From an uncultured Microthrixaceae bacterium (GTDB lineage Bacteria; Actinomycetota; Acidimicrobiia; Acidimicrobiales; Acidimicrobilacustridaceae), in assembly GCA_963776435.1 (NCBI GenBank), contig CAVZMK010000006.1, positions 472,895-536,894 of the forward strand: a DNA stretch of 64,000 nucleotides, written 5' to 3'. The notes under the pieces were generated by a model, which was not told the origin of the DNA, made no database searches, and saw only the letters and a list, made by a program, of their open reading frames with translations. Made by a program: the position numbers and the translations under genes. Every line of letters begins with the position of its first letter. Positions within the stretch are counted from its first letter, which is position 1. Below are positions 18,364-26,988 of this stretch, piece by piece.

Positions 18364-19044
18364 TCAGGTCTGGAGCTTGTAGCCCAGCCCCCGCACCGTG
18401 ACCACGTGGCGGGGATTGGCGGCGTCGGCTTCGATCTTCGTGCGGAGGCGCCGGACGTGGACATCGACCAGGCGTCCGTCGCCGAAGTAACCGTAGCCCC
18501 AGACCCGCTCGAGGAGGACCTCGCGGCTGAACACCCGACCGGGGCTCGAGGCCAGCTCGACGAGCAGGCGGAACTCGGTCTTGGTGAGGTGCACCTCGTT
18601 GCCGTCGCGCAGCACCACGCCCTCGTCGGGCACGATCTCGAGATCGCCGAACTTGAGGTGGGCGATGGCCGGATCGGTCGTGCGGGCCCGACGCAGCAGC
18701 GCCCGGATGCGGGCGGACAGCTCCTTCGGGGCGAACGGCTTGGTCAGGTAGTCGTCGGCCCCCGCCTCGAGGCCGGCCACCACGTCGTGGGTGTCGGCCC
18801 GGGCGGTCACCATGACGATCGGGACGTCGCTCGTCCGCCGGATCGACCGGCACACCTCGAACCCGTCGATGCCCGGCAGCATGATGTCGATCAGGACGAC
18901 GTCGGTCGGGTGCCGGCTGAACGAATCGAGGGCATCCTCGCCGTTGTCGGCCTCTTCGACCTCCCAGCCCTCGTCCTCGAGGGCGAGCTTCACCGCGGTA
19001 CGGATGCGCTCGTCGTCCTCGACAGCCAGGATTCTCGTACCCAC
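18364..19044 (-). CDS. mtrA: MtrA-like OmpR/PhoB-family response regulator
   Basis: The C-terminal 226 aa of ORF-track 18364-20991, from GTG 19044 (VGTRILAVEDDERIRTAVKLALEDEGW). It has a receiver Asp in VVLIDIMLPGIDG and a winged helix ending VTVRGLGYKLQT. Intact. Confidence 0.85.
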   Translation of the reverse strand: MGTRILAVEDDERIRTAVKLALEDEGWEVEEADNGEDALDSFSRHPTDVVLIDIMLPGIDGFEVCRSIRRTSDVPIVMVTARADTHDVVAGLEAGADDYLTKPFAPKELSARIRALLRRARTTDPAIAHLKFGDLEIVPDEGVVLRDGNEVHLTKTEFRLLVELASSPGRVFSREVLLERVWGYGYFGDGRLVDVHVRRLRTKIEADAANPRHVVTVRGLGYKLQT

Positions 19045-19136
19045 CGCCCCATCGTGCCCGATTTCGGTCGCGTTCGTGCTGATACCGGCGCGTTTCGCGC
19101 GACACGGCCGAACTCGCGCGACGGGTGCGATCGCCA

Positions 19137-19941
19137 TCAGGCGCGGGCACCGGCGGCCAGCAGCAGCGAACGCAGCGGCCCGGCCAGGGCCGGGTTGGCG
19201 GCCAGAACGGGGGCCGCAGTGGGTGGGGCGCCGTCCAGGTCGACCACCACGGCGCCGGCCTCGGCCGCGATGAGCGCTCCGGCGGCGAAGTCCCAGCGGG
19301 AGAGGCTCAGCTCGTAGTAGGCGTCGACCCGGCCGCAGGCGACCGAGCAGAGGTCGAGCGCGGCCGAACCCATGCGCCGGATGTCGCGGATGTGGCTCAG
19401 GATCCGCCCCACGACCTGGCCCTGATGGTGGCGCTGGTCGGTGCGGTACCCGAAGCCGGTCGCCACGAGCGCCTGGGAGAGCGCCGGTCTCGTCCGTGAC
19501 GTGGATCGCCTGGCCGTTGCGGGTCGCGCCCGTTCCCTGCACGGCGCGGAAGCGGTCACCGGTGAACACGTCGACGACCACGCCGGCGACGACCGTCCCC
19601 GCCACTTCGGCGGCGATCGAGACGGACACGCCCGGGTGGCGGTACACGTAGTTCGTCGTGCCGTCGAGGGGATCGATGATCCACCGCACGCCCGAGTGGC
19701 CCGGTCGGTCGGTGCCCTCTTCGCCGAGGAGTCCGTCGTCGGGCCGGGCATCGAGGAGCCGACCGACGATCAGCTGCTCGGCGGCGCGGTCCATCTCCGT
19801 GACCAGGTCCGTGGCGGTCGACTTCGTGGTGATCGACGCCCGGTCCGACGCGAGCGCGTCGGCCAGGAGCTCGGCGGCCGCGGTGCCGGCCTGCTCGGCC
19901 AGGTCGGCGAGGTCCCGCGGGTCGGGTGGCGGCTGGGACAC
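19137..19941 (-). pseudogene. inositol monophosphatase family protein (SuhB/ImpA-like), one +1 frame break
   Basis: The N-terminal part is in ORF 18364-20991 (TKSTATDLVTEMDRAAEQLI, GEEG, WIIDPLDGTTNYV signature). The C-terminal part is in ORF 19137-19751 (GFGYRTDQR...RRMGSAALDLCSVACGRVDAYYE). The break is near 19.49 kb. GTG start at 19941. Length 805 nt = 1 mod 3. Confidence 0.75.
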
Positions 19942-19986
19942 GCCCCATCTTGGCCCGGGGCCGTGATCGACCGGTACCGTACGGCC

Positions 19987-20700
19987 GTGGCCACTCCCGC
20001 TCCGCCCGCCGGGGGCACGCCCGAGCGGGTGCTCGCGGTGTACGCCCATCCTGACGACCCCGAGGTCTCGTGCGCAGGCACGTTGGCCAGGTGGTCCGAC
20101 GAGGGCGCCGACGTGCGACTGGTCGTGTGCGCACGGGGTGACAAGGGTTCGCGGGAGGCGGCGGTCGATCCTGACGCGCTGGTGGTCACGCGGGCTGCCG
20201 AGGCCAACGCGGCCGCGGCCGTGCTCGGACTGGCCGGCCACGAGAACCTCGGCCTGGCCGACGGTGAGATCGAGAACGACCTGAGCCTGCGCGAGGCGTT
20301 GGTCACCCGCGTGCGTCGGTTCAGACCGGACGTGGTCGTGTCGTGCGACCCGACCGCCGTGTTCTTCGGCAGCCGGTACGTGAACCACCACGACCACCGC
20401 GAGGTCGGCTTCGCACTGCTCGACGCGTGCACCCCGGCGGCCGGCAGCCCGCTCTACTTCCCCGAGGCGGGCCCGCCCCACCACGTGGGCACGATCTACC
20501 TGTCGGGCACGCTCGAGCCCGACACGTTCGTCGACATCGCGTCGACCATCGACCGCAAGGTCGAGGCCCTGTGCTGCCATCGCAGCCAGGTCGGCGACGA
20601 CCTCGACCTGGTCGGCGAGGTCATCCGCCGCCGGGCCGCCTCGGCCGGCACCGACTCGGGCCTCGCCCACGCCGAGGCCTTCAGGGTTTTGCGGTTGTAG
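19987..20700 (+). CDS. PIG-L (LmbE/MshB-like) family deacetylase
   Basis: Part of ORF-track 19441-20700, from GTG 19987. Has the AHPDDPE zinc-binding motif (VLAVYAHPDDPEVS) and a later HHDH motif. Intact. Confidence 0.75.
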   Translation: MATPAPPAGGTPERVLAVYAHPDDPEVSCAGTLARWSDEGADVRLVVCARGDKGSREAAVDPDALVVTRAAEANAAAAVLGLAGHENLGLADGEIENDLSLREALVTRVRRFRPDVVVSCDPTAVFFGSRYVNHHDHREVGFALLDACTPAAGSPLYFPEAGPPHHVGTIYLSGTLEPDTFVDIASTIDRKVEALCCHRSQVGDDLDLVGEVIRRRAASAGTDSGLAHAEAFRVLRL

Positions 20701-20801
20701 AGCGCCAACGCGGCGCAGCCCGCCAGGGCGGAGCCGCTCGCGGCGTGCGACCCGGATGCCGAAGGCGTGCGCAGGGAGGCTCCGCCGACCGGAGCACACA
20801 G

Positions 20802-21137
20802 CTATCTGACGCGGGGACGTTTCGTGGGGGCCAGTGCCGGGCGGTCGGGGCCAGTGGGGCGGCGCTGGATGGTCTTCCACTCGCCCATGGCCCGCAGGGC
20901 CAGTACGACGACGATGGCGACACCGACCGCGAAGACGATCCCGCCGATGAGCCCGCCGACGGCATCGGGGGTGGCGCAGGAGCCGTGGCACTGCAGGTCG
21001 GTGAACGTGTAGCCGATGAACGCCCCCACGGCTCCTGCGGCGATGATGGCGACGAAGCCCAGCACCCGGGCGCCAACGGACGGCAGCGCGGTCGGGGGGC
21101 CGTCGACCGGAGCGCTGACGTCAGGGTCGGGAGCCAT
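20802..21137 (-). CDS. small membrane protein, hypothetical
   Basis: ORF-track 20802-21137, 111 aa, with two hydrophobic helices flanking CHGSC. No clear SD. Confidence 0.4.
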   Translation of the reverse strand: MAPDPDVSAPVDGPPTALPSVGARVLGFVAIIAAGAVGAFIGYTFTDLQCHGSCATPDAVGGLIGGIVFAVGVAIVVVLALRAMGEWKTIQRRPTGPDRPALAPTKRPRVR

Positions 21138-21161
21138 GGCGCGTCCGATGGTACTGGGGGG

Positions 21162-22307
21162 CTACCTCGACAAGATGGTCGCCGCCGCGGTGCCCGGGGC
21201 ACCGTAGACCTGGGCGAACCCGACACGCGGGTTGCCCGGGACCTGGCGGTCGCCGGCCTCACCCCTGAGCTGGCGCACGAGCTCGTGGACCTGACGCAGG
21301 CCCGAGGCACCGATGGGCTCTCCGTTGGCGATGAGGCCGCCGTCGGTGTTGATCGGCATGGGGCCGTCGATCTCGGTGGCCCCGTCGGCCACGAGCTTCT
21401 CCTGGTCGCCGTGGGCGCAGAACCCGGCCTCGGCCATGGCGATGACCTCGGCACCGGCCTCGGTGTCCTGGACCTGGATCACGTCCACGTCCCCGGGCCC
21501 GATCCCGGCCGACTCGAACGCGGCTCGAGATGCATGGACCGTCGGCGGCGCCTCCTCCTGCACGGCGGCGTAGGAGGCGTGGACCTCGTACGCGCCGTAG
21601 GTACGGGAACGGATCTCTGAGGCGCATACGTACACCGGCGTCGACGTGAACCGTTCGGCCAGGTCGGCTCGGCACAGCACGGCCGCGGCCGCGCCCTCGT
21701 CGGGGGCGCAGAACATGTACTGGGTGAGCGGATAGTTGACCATCGGCGACGCGAGGATCTCCTCCTCGGTGAGGGCCTGGCGCCGGAAAGCGTCGGGGTT
21801 GCGCGCGCCGTTGCGGTAGTTCTTGGCCGCCACCTTCGCCAGGGTGGCCGAGGAGATGCCGTGGTCGTGGCAGTACCGGTTGGCCTTCATCCCGAAGAAC
21901 TTGGTGGTGATGTACTGCGCGTTCTCGCCGTACCACATGGGCAGGCCGAGGTTGGTCGGGCTGCCGGTGAACGCGCCTCGAGGGTGCTTGTCCATCCCGA
22001 AGGCGATGGCCACGTCCGCCCGTCCGGACCGGATGGCGTCGACCGCTACCTGGATGGCGCTGGCCGAGGTGGCGCACGCGTTGAACACGTCGGTGCACGG
22101 GATGCCGCTCAGCCCGACCAGGCCCGACACCGCGTTGGGGTTGGTGACCGTGTGGCTTCCCCCCACCCCGAACTGGATGTCGCGCCACGACACGTCGGCG
22201 TCGGCCAGGGCGAGCTGGATCGCCTCGGCCCCCATCTCCATGGCCGGCTTGTCGCCGAAGCGGCCGAACGGGTGGAGCCCGACCCCGATGATGGCCACGT
22301 CGTTCAT
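21162..22307 (-). CDS. thiolase-like / SCP-x-type lipid-transfer protein
   Basis: ORF-track 21162-22307, 381 aa. Thiolase-fold blocks present: VAIIGVGLHPFGRF, FNACATSASAI, NTDGGLIANGEPIGASGLRQ. Intact. Confidence 0.8.
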   Translation of the reverse strand: MNDVAIIGVGLHPFGRFGDKPAMEMGAEAIQLALADADVSWRDIQFGVGGSHTVTNPNAVSGLVGLSGIPCTDVFNACATSASAIQVAVDAIRSGRADVAIAFGMDKHPRGAFTGSPTNLGLPMWYGENAQYITTKFFGMKANRYCHDHGISSATLAKVAAKNYRNGARNPDAFRRQALTEEEILASPMVNYPLTQYMFCAPDEGAAAAVLCRADLAERFTSTPVYVCASEIRSRTYGAYEVHASYAAVQEEAPPTVHASRAAFESAGIGPGDVDVIQVQDTEAGAEVIAMAEAGFCAHGDQEKLVADGATEIDGPMPINTDGGLIANGEPIGASGLRQVHELVRQLRGEAGDRQVPGNPRVGFAQVYGAPGTAAATILSR

Positions 22308-22750
22308 CGATCGGCCCCCTCTGCTCCGGCCACCGGCGCGAAGGCGAACATGAGGACCTCGTCCCCATCGTCGTCGACGTAGAGCGGTCGCATCGTCAAC
22401 TCGACCTCCATGTCGAACCGCAGCTTCTCGGGGTCACCCTCGGTGAGGCGGCCCTCCACCTTGATGACGTCGCCCAACTGCACCAGTCCCATGCCGAACG
22501 GCTCGAAGGTCTCGGCCGTCTCGGATCCTGCATACGGCGGACCCGGAAGGAAGCCCTGCGTCGTCCATGCCACCAGCGTGCCGCGCGTGGGCAGAAGGAG
22601 GTCGGACATCGCGGTGCCGCTGCACTTCGGACACAGCGATTGGGTCGGGAAGGTCGTGGCGCCGCAATCCGAGCAGCGGCTGCCGATCAGCTGCGGGTCG
22701 TCGTCGGGCCAGGTGGAGATGTCGGGGGCAAGCATCCGCGGCATGAGCAT
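22304..22750 (-). CDS. DUF35-type Zn-ribbon + OB-fold protein (thiolase partner)
   Basis: ORF-track 22304-22750, 148 aa. A rubredoxin-like CSDCGATTFPTQSLCPKCSG is followed by an OB-fold-like segment. Its stop overlaps the thiolase start by 4 nt. Confidence 0.8.
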   Translation of the reverse strand: MLMPRMLAPDISTWPDDDPQLIGSRCSDCGATTFPTQSLCPKCSGTAMSDLLLPTRGTLVAWTTQGFLPGPPYAGSETAETFEPFGMGLVQLGDVIKVEGRLTEGDPEKLRFDMEVELTMRPLYVDDDGDEVLMFAFAPVAGAEGADR

Positions 22751-22875
22751 CCTCCTCTAGCGAATCGACCGAAGGTACACCGCAGGGGCGAGCTTCGAAC
22801 ACCCGTGTCACCCCTCGGGACGACGCCCGGCGGCCGCGGCGGCCGAGGACGGCCGAGGTCCTAGAGTGACCGGCC

Positions 22876-23622
22876 GTGAAGCCGCTCGTGGTCCTGCCCA
22901 CCTACAACGAGGCCGAGAACATCCTCGTGGTGCTCGGGCTGATCCGTGAGCACCTCCCCCAGGGCGACGTGCTGGTGGTCGACGACGGCAGCCCCGACGG
23001 CACGGGCGACCTGGCCGAGAAGTGGGGCGCCGACAACGGTGGCGTCACGGTGCTGCGTCGACCCGCGAAGGCCGGTCTCGGCTCGGCCTACCGCGCCGGG
23101 TTCACCTACGGGCTCGACGAGGGCTACGAGATCCTCATCGAGATGGACTCCGACCTGCAGCACGACCCCGCTCTGCTGCCCGCCCTGGTGCACGCGGTCG
23201 AGGACGGCGCCCACCTGGCCATCGGGTCGCGGTACGTCCCCGGCGGATCGGTGCCCGGGTGGAAGTTCTCCCGCCGCCTGATCTCCCAGGGCGGCAACAT
23301 CTACGCCGCGATGGTGCTCGGGATGCACGTGCGCGACTCGACCTCCGGCTTCCGGGCGTACTCCGCCGCCGCGCTGTCCGACATCGATCTCAGCGTCGTC
23401 CGGGCCGACGGCTACGGGTTCCAGATCGAGATGGTCTACGCGGTGGCGTGCAACCACGGCCGCGTGGTCGAGGTGCCGATCGCGTTCGGCAGCCGCGAGC
23501 GCGGCTCGTCGAAGATGTCCAGCTTCATCGTGTTCGAGGCGCTGGGTCTCGTGACCTGGTGGGCGTTGCGCGACCGTGTGCTGCTGCGGGGGCGACCGAA
23601 GCCGACCAGCCGCACCCACTGA
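22876..23622 (+). CDS. ppm1: polyprenol-phosphate mannosyltransferase (GT2)
   Basis: ORF-track 22876-23622, 248 aa. Motifs present: VVLPTYNEAENI, VVDDGSPDGTG, EMDSDLQHDP. Intact. Confidence 0.85.
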   Translation: MKPLVVLPTYNEAENILVVLGLIREHLPQGDVLVVDDGSPDGTGDLAEKWGADNGGVTVLRRPAKAGLGSAYRAGFTYGLDEGYEILIEMDSDLQHDPALLPALVHAVEDGAHLAIGSRYVPGGSVPGWKFSRRLISQGGNIYAAMVLGMHVRDSTSGFRAYSAAALSDIDLSVVRADGYGFQIEMVYAVACNHGRVVEVPIAFGSRERGSSKMSSFIVFEALGLVTWWALRDRVLLRGRPKPTSRTH

Positions 23623-23713
23623 CGGCCGCCACGCCATTGCGGTTCGCGACGGGCGCGGCGCATGGGCCATTCGGCCCGTTCCGGCCGACGGCGCGATCGG
23701 CGATACTGGCGGC

Positions 23714-24538
23714 GTGGGCCGTGCACCGCTGACCATCGTCCCGGCATGGCGCCTGGGTGCATTGCTCGGCTCGGCCCGCGAGGCGGCCGGATGGGACGAC
23801 GCCGATCTGGCGGCCCGCTCGGACCGGTTCAGCGTCGACGACCTCCGGGCCATCGAGCAGGGGGAGCGGGCGCTCGACGACGACGACATCGACGCGCTGG
23901 TCGAGCTCTACGGCGTGGAGCGCGAGGTCCTCGTCCCCGATCGTCACGAGCTGGTCGTCGATCTCGACCACCTCGAGCTGGCCGCCGCCGGGCACACCCA
24001 GGCGTTGGCGGGCACCGAGCCGACCGCCGAGGAGGTGCTCGGCACCTACCTCACGCTCGTCTACACGCTGCGGGCCGCCGAGCCGGGCACGCCCGTCCGG
24101 TTGCGCCAGGCCGACGTCGACGTCCTGGCGAGGGCGCTGGCGCTGGCCGTGCCCGAGGTGGAGCAACGCCTCGAAGGACTGATGGCCGATCCCGAGCGCG
24201 TCGTGTTGCACCAGCGCTCGAAGCTCTTGCGGGCGCGCGTGCTGGTTCCCGCCGCGGGCGTCCTGGTGGCGCTGTGCGTGGGTGGGGCGCTCGTCGTCTC
24301 GGCCCGCTCGTCGGACACCCAGGCTCCGGCCTCCCGGCCAGCCGTCGTCGCCACGGTCCCGCCGACCACTGCACCGCCGGTGGTCGTGGGCAACGACCTG
24401 CATTCCGGCCAGGTCCCGCCGGGTGGGGTCGGGTTGGTGCCGGCCCAGGTGGTGACCCGGGGTGCGAACGGAACACCCGTTCAGACGGACCGGCAGGGGT
24501 CGTGGGGCTCGTCGACCACGACGACCGTCGCCGGCTGA
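23714..24538 (+). CDS. membrane-anchored XRE-type HTH domain protein
   Basis: Part of ORF-track 23576-24538, from GTG 23714. It has an N-terminal HTH-like LGALLGSAREAAGWDDADLAARSDRFSVDDLRAIEQGER, one TM (VLVPAAGVLVALCVGGALVV) and a Pro/Thr/Val-rich exterior tail. Confidence 0.55.
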   Translation: MGRAPLTIVPAWRLGALLGSAREAAGWDDADLAARSDRFSVDDLRAIEQGERALDDDDIDALVELYGVEREVLVPDRHELVVDLDHLELAAAGHTQALAGTEPTAEEVLGTYLTLVYTLRAAEPGTPVRLRQADVDVLARALALAVPEVEQRLEGLMADPERVVLHQRSKLLRARVLVPAAGVLVALCVGGALVVSARSSDTQAPASRPAVVATVPPTTAPPVVVGNDLHSGQVPPGGVGLVPAQVVTRGANGTPVQTDRQGSWGSSTTTTVAG

Positions 24539-24545
24539 GCCTCGG

Positions 24546-24606
24546 CGCCCACCGGAAACCGGGCATGGAAATGCGTCACTGCGACGTGCACAGATGCCCG
24601 GTTTTG
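24546..24606 (-). repeat. palindromic intergenic repeat, copy 1 (inverted relative to copy 2)
   Basis: An 11-bp inverted repeat, aaaccgggcat (24556-24566) and atgcccggttt (24594-24604). The stretch 24581-24604 is the exact reverse complement of 36558-36581 (24/24). Confidence 0.8.
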
Positions 24607-24635
24607 GAGCGGGGATCTCGGGCACACTACGGGGC

Positions 24636-25121
24636 ATGCGTGACTGGTTGGTCGCCGGCGGCGTGATCGAGGGACCGGGTGGCGTGCTGCTCGTCCAGAA
24701 CCGGCGGCGCAACGGGTCCCACGACTGGTCGCCGCCGGGCGGCGTGATCGACGAGGGCGAGACGGTTCTGGCGGGGCTGACCCGCGAGGTCCGCGAGGAG
24801 ACCGGGCTGGTGGTCACCGAGTGGGAGGGCCCGATCTACGAGATCGAGGTCCTGGCCCCGGATCTCGGCTGGCGCCTGCGGGTCGAGTCGTTCCGGGCCG
24901 TGGCCTACGACGGCGAGCTGGTGGTGGACGACCCCGACGGCATCGTCGTCGACGCCCGGTTCGTGGCCGCGGACCACTGCGCCGTCCATCTCGACAGCTC
25001 GTACCAGTGGGTCGCCGAACCGCTGTCGGAGTGGCTGGTCGAGCCGTGGAGCGGCCTGCGGTCGTTCGGCTACGACGTCGCCGGCGGCGACCTCGCCTCG
25101 TTGTCGGTCACACGGCGGTGA
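24636..25121 (+). CDS. Nudix hydrolase
   Basis: Part of ORF-track 24462-25121, from ATG 24636. Nudix box GGVIDEGETVLAGLTREVREETGL. Confidence 0.8.
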   Translation: MRDWLVAGGVIEGPGGVLLVQNRRRNGSHDWSPPGGVIDEGETVLAGLTREVREETGLVVTEWEGPIYEIEVLAPDLGWRLRVESFRAVAYDGELVVDDPDGIVVDARFVAADHCAVHLDSSYQWVAEPLSEWLVEPWSGLRSFGYDVAGGDLASLSVTRR

Positions 25122-25128
25122 ACGGCGG

Positions 25129-26436
25129 GTGACGGCCGAGGTCGATCACGGATCCGGTGCGCCCGAGCCCGGCATCCTCCACGTCGACATGGACGCCTTC
25201 TTCGTCTCGGTGGAGCTGATCGACCATCCGGAGCTGCGGGGGCAGCCGGTGATCGTCGGGGGAGCAGGGGACCGGGGTGTCGTCGCCGCGGCGTCGTACG
25301 AGGCACGCGCCTTCGGCGTGCACTCGGCGATGTCGTCGGTCCGGGCCCGTCGGCTGTGCCCACACGCCGTGTTCCTGTCGGGCCGCCACGATCGCTATGG
25401 GCAGGTGAGCCGGCAGGTCATGGAGATCTTCGGTTCGTTCACCCCGCTCGTCGAGCCGATCTCGCTCGACGAGGCGTTCCTCGACGTGACCGGCGCCGAG
25501 CGGCTGCACGGTCGACCGACGACGGTCGCGCACGCCATCCGCCGGCGCGTGCTCGACGAGGTGTCGTTGACGTGCTCGGTCGGCGTGGCCCCGAGCAAGT
25601 TCGTGGCCAAGCTGGCGTCCGAGGCGGCCAAGCCCAAGGCGTCGGTGTCAGGACCTCAGCCGGGCCTCGGGGTCAAGGTCGTCACCGAGGACGAGGTGGA
25701 GGCCTTCCTGTTCCCGCTGCCGGTCTCCGCGCTGTGGGGCGTGGGGCCGGCGACGCTCGACCGGCTGAGCCGGCTCGGTGTCACGACCGTCGGCGAGCTC
25801 GCCGCCCTACCCGTCGAGGTCGTGACCGCGTCGATCGGCAACGCCGCCGGCCAGCACCTGCACGCCCTGGCCAACGGCATCGACGATCGGGCTGTCGAGC
25901 CGGACCGTCCCGTCAAGTCCGTCGGCCACGAGGAGACGTTCCCCCGCGATCACCACACCCACGCCAGCCTCGAGCGCGAGATCGTCCGCCTCTCCGACGC
26001 GGTGGGCGCGCGGCTGCGGCGCCACGGCCTAGCCGGTCGCACCCTGACGCTCAAGGTCCGGTTCAGCGACTTCCACACGATCACCCGTTCCAGCACCTTC
26101 GCCGGCGCGACCGACTCCACCTCGGCGATCACGCGGGGGGCGAAGGAACTCCTGGCGGCGATCGATCCCGCTCCCGGTGTCCGTCTGATCGGTGTGAGCA
26201 TGAGCGGCCTGACCGACGGATCGGCCCGTCAGCTCACCCTCGACGATGCCGGCTCGCCGGGTTGGGACGACGCCACCCAGGCGGTGGATGCCATCCGCGA
26301 GCGGTTCGGCGTCGCCTCGATCGGTCCCGCGACCCTGGCCGATCCGGGCGGGCTGCGCGTCCGGCGGGACGGCGAAGCCCCGTGGGGACCCGGCGAACCC
26401 TCCGCCGGACCGGCTCAAGGTCGGCCGTCTCCGTGA
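25129..26436 (+). CDS. dinB: DNA polymerase IV (Y-family)
   Basis: ORF-track 25129-26436, 435 aa. Blocks present: ILHVDMDAFFVSVE, SYEARAFGV, SLDEAFLDVTG, VGVAPSKFVAKLAS. Intact. Confidence 0.85.
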   Translation: MTAEVDHGSGAPEPGILHVDMDAFFVSVELIDHPELRGQPVIVGGAGDRGVVAAASYEARAFGVHSAMSSVRARRLCPHAVFLSGRHDRYGQVSRQVMEIFGSFTPLVEPISLDEAFLDVTGAERLHGRPTTVAHAIRRRVLDEVSLTCSVGVAPSKFVAKLASEAAKPKASVSGPQPGLGVKVVTEDEVEAFLFPLPVSALWGVGPATLDRLSRLGVTTVGELAALPVEVVTASIGNAAGQHLHALANGIDDRAVEPDRPVKSVGHEETFPRDHHTHASLEREIVRLSDAVGARLRRHGLAGRTLTLKVRFSDFHTITRSSTFAGATDSTSAITRGAKELLAAIDPAPGVRLIGVSMSGLTDGSARQLTLDDAGSPGWDDATQAVDAIRERFGVASIGPATLADPGGLRVRRDGEAPWGPGEPSAGPAQGRPSP

Positions 26437-26573
26437 CCGAAAAGGGGGCGGAGATCAGTTGCCGCGCGTTGTTGACACGGGGCGGCTGTGGAAAGATGAA
26501 AGCCGGGATCTCCCGAACCGTCGGCCCGCTGGCCGCTAGACCGGCAGGTTTCAACCGACAAAGGGGTAGCAGG

Positions 26574-26949
26574 GTGCCGCTTTCCGAGGACGAGCAGCGA
26601 ATCCTCAGCGAAATCGAGGCGAAGCTCTACGAGAGCGACCCGGCACTGGCGCGCGACATCGCCGACACGACGATCTACACCCACGCCTACCGCAACCTGA
26701 AGTGGGCGACCCTCGGATTCCTGGCCGGCCTGGTCGGCCTCGTCCTGACCCTCGGGGTCAGCTTCCTGCTCGCGTTCGGCGGCTTCGTCATCATGTTGGT
26801 GTCGCGCGCTGGCCATCGAGCGCAACGCCCGCCGCATGGGCAAGGCCGGCATCGAGCAGATCACGCAGTCGATGCGGGCGGCCGGGCTGCGTGACTACTT
26901 CGGCAACACCAGCCAACGCATGCGCGAGCGCTTCAAGCGCGACGAGTAG
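26574..26949 (+). pseudogene. DUF3040-like small membrane protein, one +1 frame break
   Basis: VPLSEDEQRILSEIEAKLYESDPALARD plus a TM region lie in the frame of ORF 25356-26894. After ...FVIMLVS the sequence continues in another frame as ALAIERNARRMGKAGIEQITQSMRAAGLRDYFGNTSQRMRERFKRDE* (hand translation). The break is near 26.80 kb. Length 376 nt = 1 mod 3. Confidence 0.6.
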
Positions 26950-26988
26950 CGCCTTCCCCGGCCCCCGGCCGGGTCTCCGCGCGGGGCG

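Noticed and set aside
26472-26500. A promoter upstream of the DUF3040 gene (TTGACA at 26472-26477).
   Set aside because: No acceptable -10 hexamer (TANNNT) is found at 16-19 nt spacing; only GATGAA/ATGAAA are present. The evidence is too weak to report as a feature.
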